Assembly (NCBI GenBank): GCA_003344405.1
Contig: NOWV01000014.1
Span: forward strand, 558,001 to 622,000
Direction: 5' to 3'
Length of the DNA: 64,000 bases
Source of the DNA: Trichoplax sp. H2
Lineage: Eukaryota
A program made the translations under genes and the position numbers. The notes beneath the pieces are model-generated. The model saw only the letters and a program-made list of their open reading frames with translations, had not been told where the DNA came from and made no database searches. How positions within the stretch are numbered: the stretch's first letter is position 1; every line of letters starts with the position of its first letter. Shown in pieces: positions 62,495 through 64,000 of this stretch.

Positions 62495-62596
62495 CCAATT
62501 ACGGACTGCCGACTGATCTTTTAAGTAGGCCCTAGTAACGCATGCGCATGCGATTGCCATGGCAATATCACTCATCGAATTCATTTCGAGTGATAT
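62495..62596. promoter_or_regulatory. bidirectional promoter core: CCAAT (62495), NRF1-like palindrome (62539-62552), RFX X-box-like palindrome (62553-62566), short inverted repeat (62565-62596)
   Basis: CGCATGCGCATGCG and ATTGCCATGGCAAT are each perfect 14-bp palindromes and abut one another. They lie between divergent ATGs at 62269 (-) and 62645 (+). Confidence 0.7.
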
Positions 62597-62644
62597 ATTT
62601 ATATTCAATATAAACTTTCTGATCATGATTAACTCTAAAATAAG

Positions 62645-63722
62645 ATGAAGTCCAACAAGTCCCCACGTACGTTGCCATCTACAGAGAAGGTAATTTATCT
62701 ATCTTTATTTTAGATTAAGATATTCGACTCCGTACCCATCAGTAGCAGCTGGGAATAGATTAACAAAGGAAAGCATAATTTTAATTTTAATATTTCACTT
62801 CATGAAATGTCGGTCTATGGCATAGCAATCGCTCAGCTATACGTTGTCTACTATTGATTGCTAATACATACGTGTGCCAGAATACGCTGTAATAAGTAGT
62901 CGTTAGAAGATTTTAATAGGATTACATTATTTATTTATTGCAGCTTTAAATTGGACTATATTCATGATCTTCAGATACGCTGTTCAAATCAGTTGTTCCT
63001 ATAATTTCTTACTGCTATATAGCTAAGTACTCGTATGAAAGGATGATTGTAATACCAAAGGGTTGATTAAGCTAAAGACATTAAGATAAGTGCCATAGAG
63101 ATTTAGAATGTGGCAATTTATCAATCGTTTGATAAGTTTACGTTTATTAATTAATAATTATATAACTGATGATCCCTAGTAATCTAAGGGAACAGCTACT
63201 GAACTTGTGATATGCTTTACATCGTACTCAAACTTACTGATCAATATATAGTAGTAGTTCTGATGATAATGATGACAATTATTAATGAGTGGAGCTACAT
63301 CGTAGGTAGTAATAAGACAGTCTATCAATTCCTTTCAATCCAGCTAATGATTCTACCGCTAGGTCGTATGCAGCGTTCGTCTGACCATAGCTAGCATAAG
63401 TAGATATAGTTAATGAATATGCTCGTAATCATTCCTGTTAAAGCTGTAAATTGAACAATAATGTAACTTTATTGTTAATAGAAAGATAACCTTACGTGGA
63501 CTGCTGTTGCTCTACAAGATCACCTTGTTCGATCATTATCATTAAACGATCCCTTGAATAACAGAAAATCTTATGTAAGTCCGAAAAAGTCTACCAGGAA
63601 AACAAAGGCGGTTTCTAAGATTGATACCGGGGTTAAAAAACCGACACCTAAAAAGACACTAAATACGGCAAGCCATGAGAAGGAATATGTAATCGAATCG
63701 AGAAGTAAACCCCTTACTTTAG
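62645..63722 (+). CDS. RNF32: RING finger protein 32, 5' part (exons 62645-62689 and 63482-63722); continues beyond the window
   Basis: MKSNKSPRTLPSTEK|KDNLTWTAVALQDHLVRSL...KIDTGVKK...HEKEYVIESRSKPLTL matches RNF32 N-terminal motifs as I recall them (KKDNLAVNAVALQDH, IDTGLKK, EKEYV...PLTLAQ). Splice sites are AAG|GTAATT, AATAG| and G|GTAAAT with consistent phase. It is absent from the ORF track. Confidence 0.85.
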
Positions 63723-64000
63723 GTAAATGATTTATTTTTAAAACTATTTTTGTACTGTTAGAAATTTAGTATAATTAAACCATACTCTTTATCATATAAT
63801 CTGTGCCATTATTGCATCACTATTACTATTATAACCTACGCTGCATCCTCACAGATGTAGTCATTATTCACGGCTAAATATAGTAAATATGATCTAGACT
63901 TTATCCAAGTAATCTTATCTGTACCTTCACAGCAAGTACGACTATAAATTAAGATTTTATTTCATGAGCTAATATTTATAAGTTAGCCCTTATTTTGGAT

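Overview
AT-rich, intron-dense eukaryotic (animal) genomic DNA. The compact introns and gene content suggest an early-branching metazoan such as a placozoan (Trichoplax-like); this is an inference, not proven. Manual GT-AG splicing with phase checks gives six genes: (1) a PEA3-class ETS factor (ETV1/4/5-like, +, 5' end uncertain); (2) a complete 22-exon Cullin-1 (-); (3) a complete 2-exon secreted cystine-knot protein of the sclerostin/SOSTDC1 (Wise) family (-), which keeps the NxI LRP5/6-binding motif and which the ORF track catches only in part; (4) a complete 23-exon Semaphorin-5 (-); (5) a translin-like gene with two convincing exons and no recognisable C-terminal half (-); (6) the 5' end of RNF32 (+), head-to-head with the translin-like gene across a promoter with adjacent NRF1-like and RFX X-box palindromes. 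Local tandem duplications cluster at 17.9-23.1 kb. The most interesting signals are the Sost/Wise-type Wnt antagonist, its linkage to a PEA3 gene (as in human ETV4-MEOX1-SOST and ETV1-MEOX2-SOSTDC1, but with no Mox homeobox seen here), and the apparently truncated translin. No rRNA, tRNA, CRISPR array or intact transposon was recognised.
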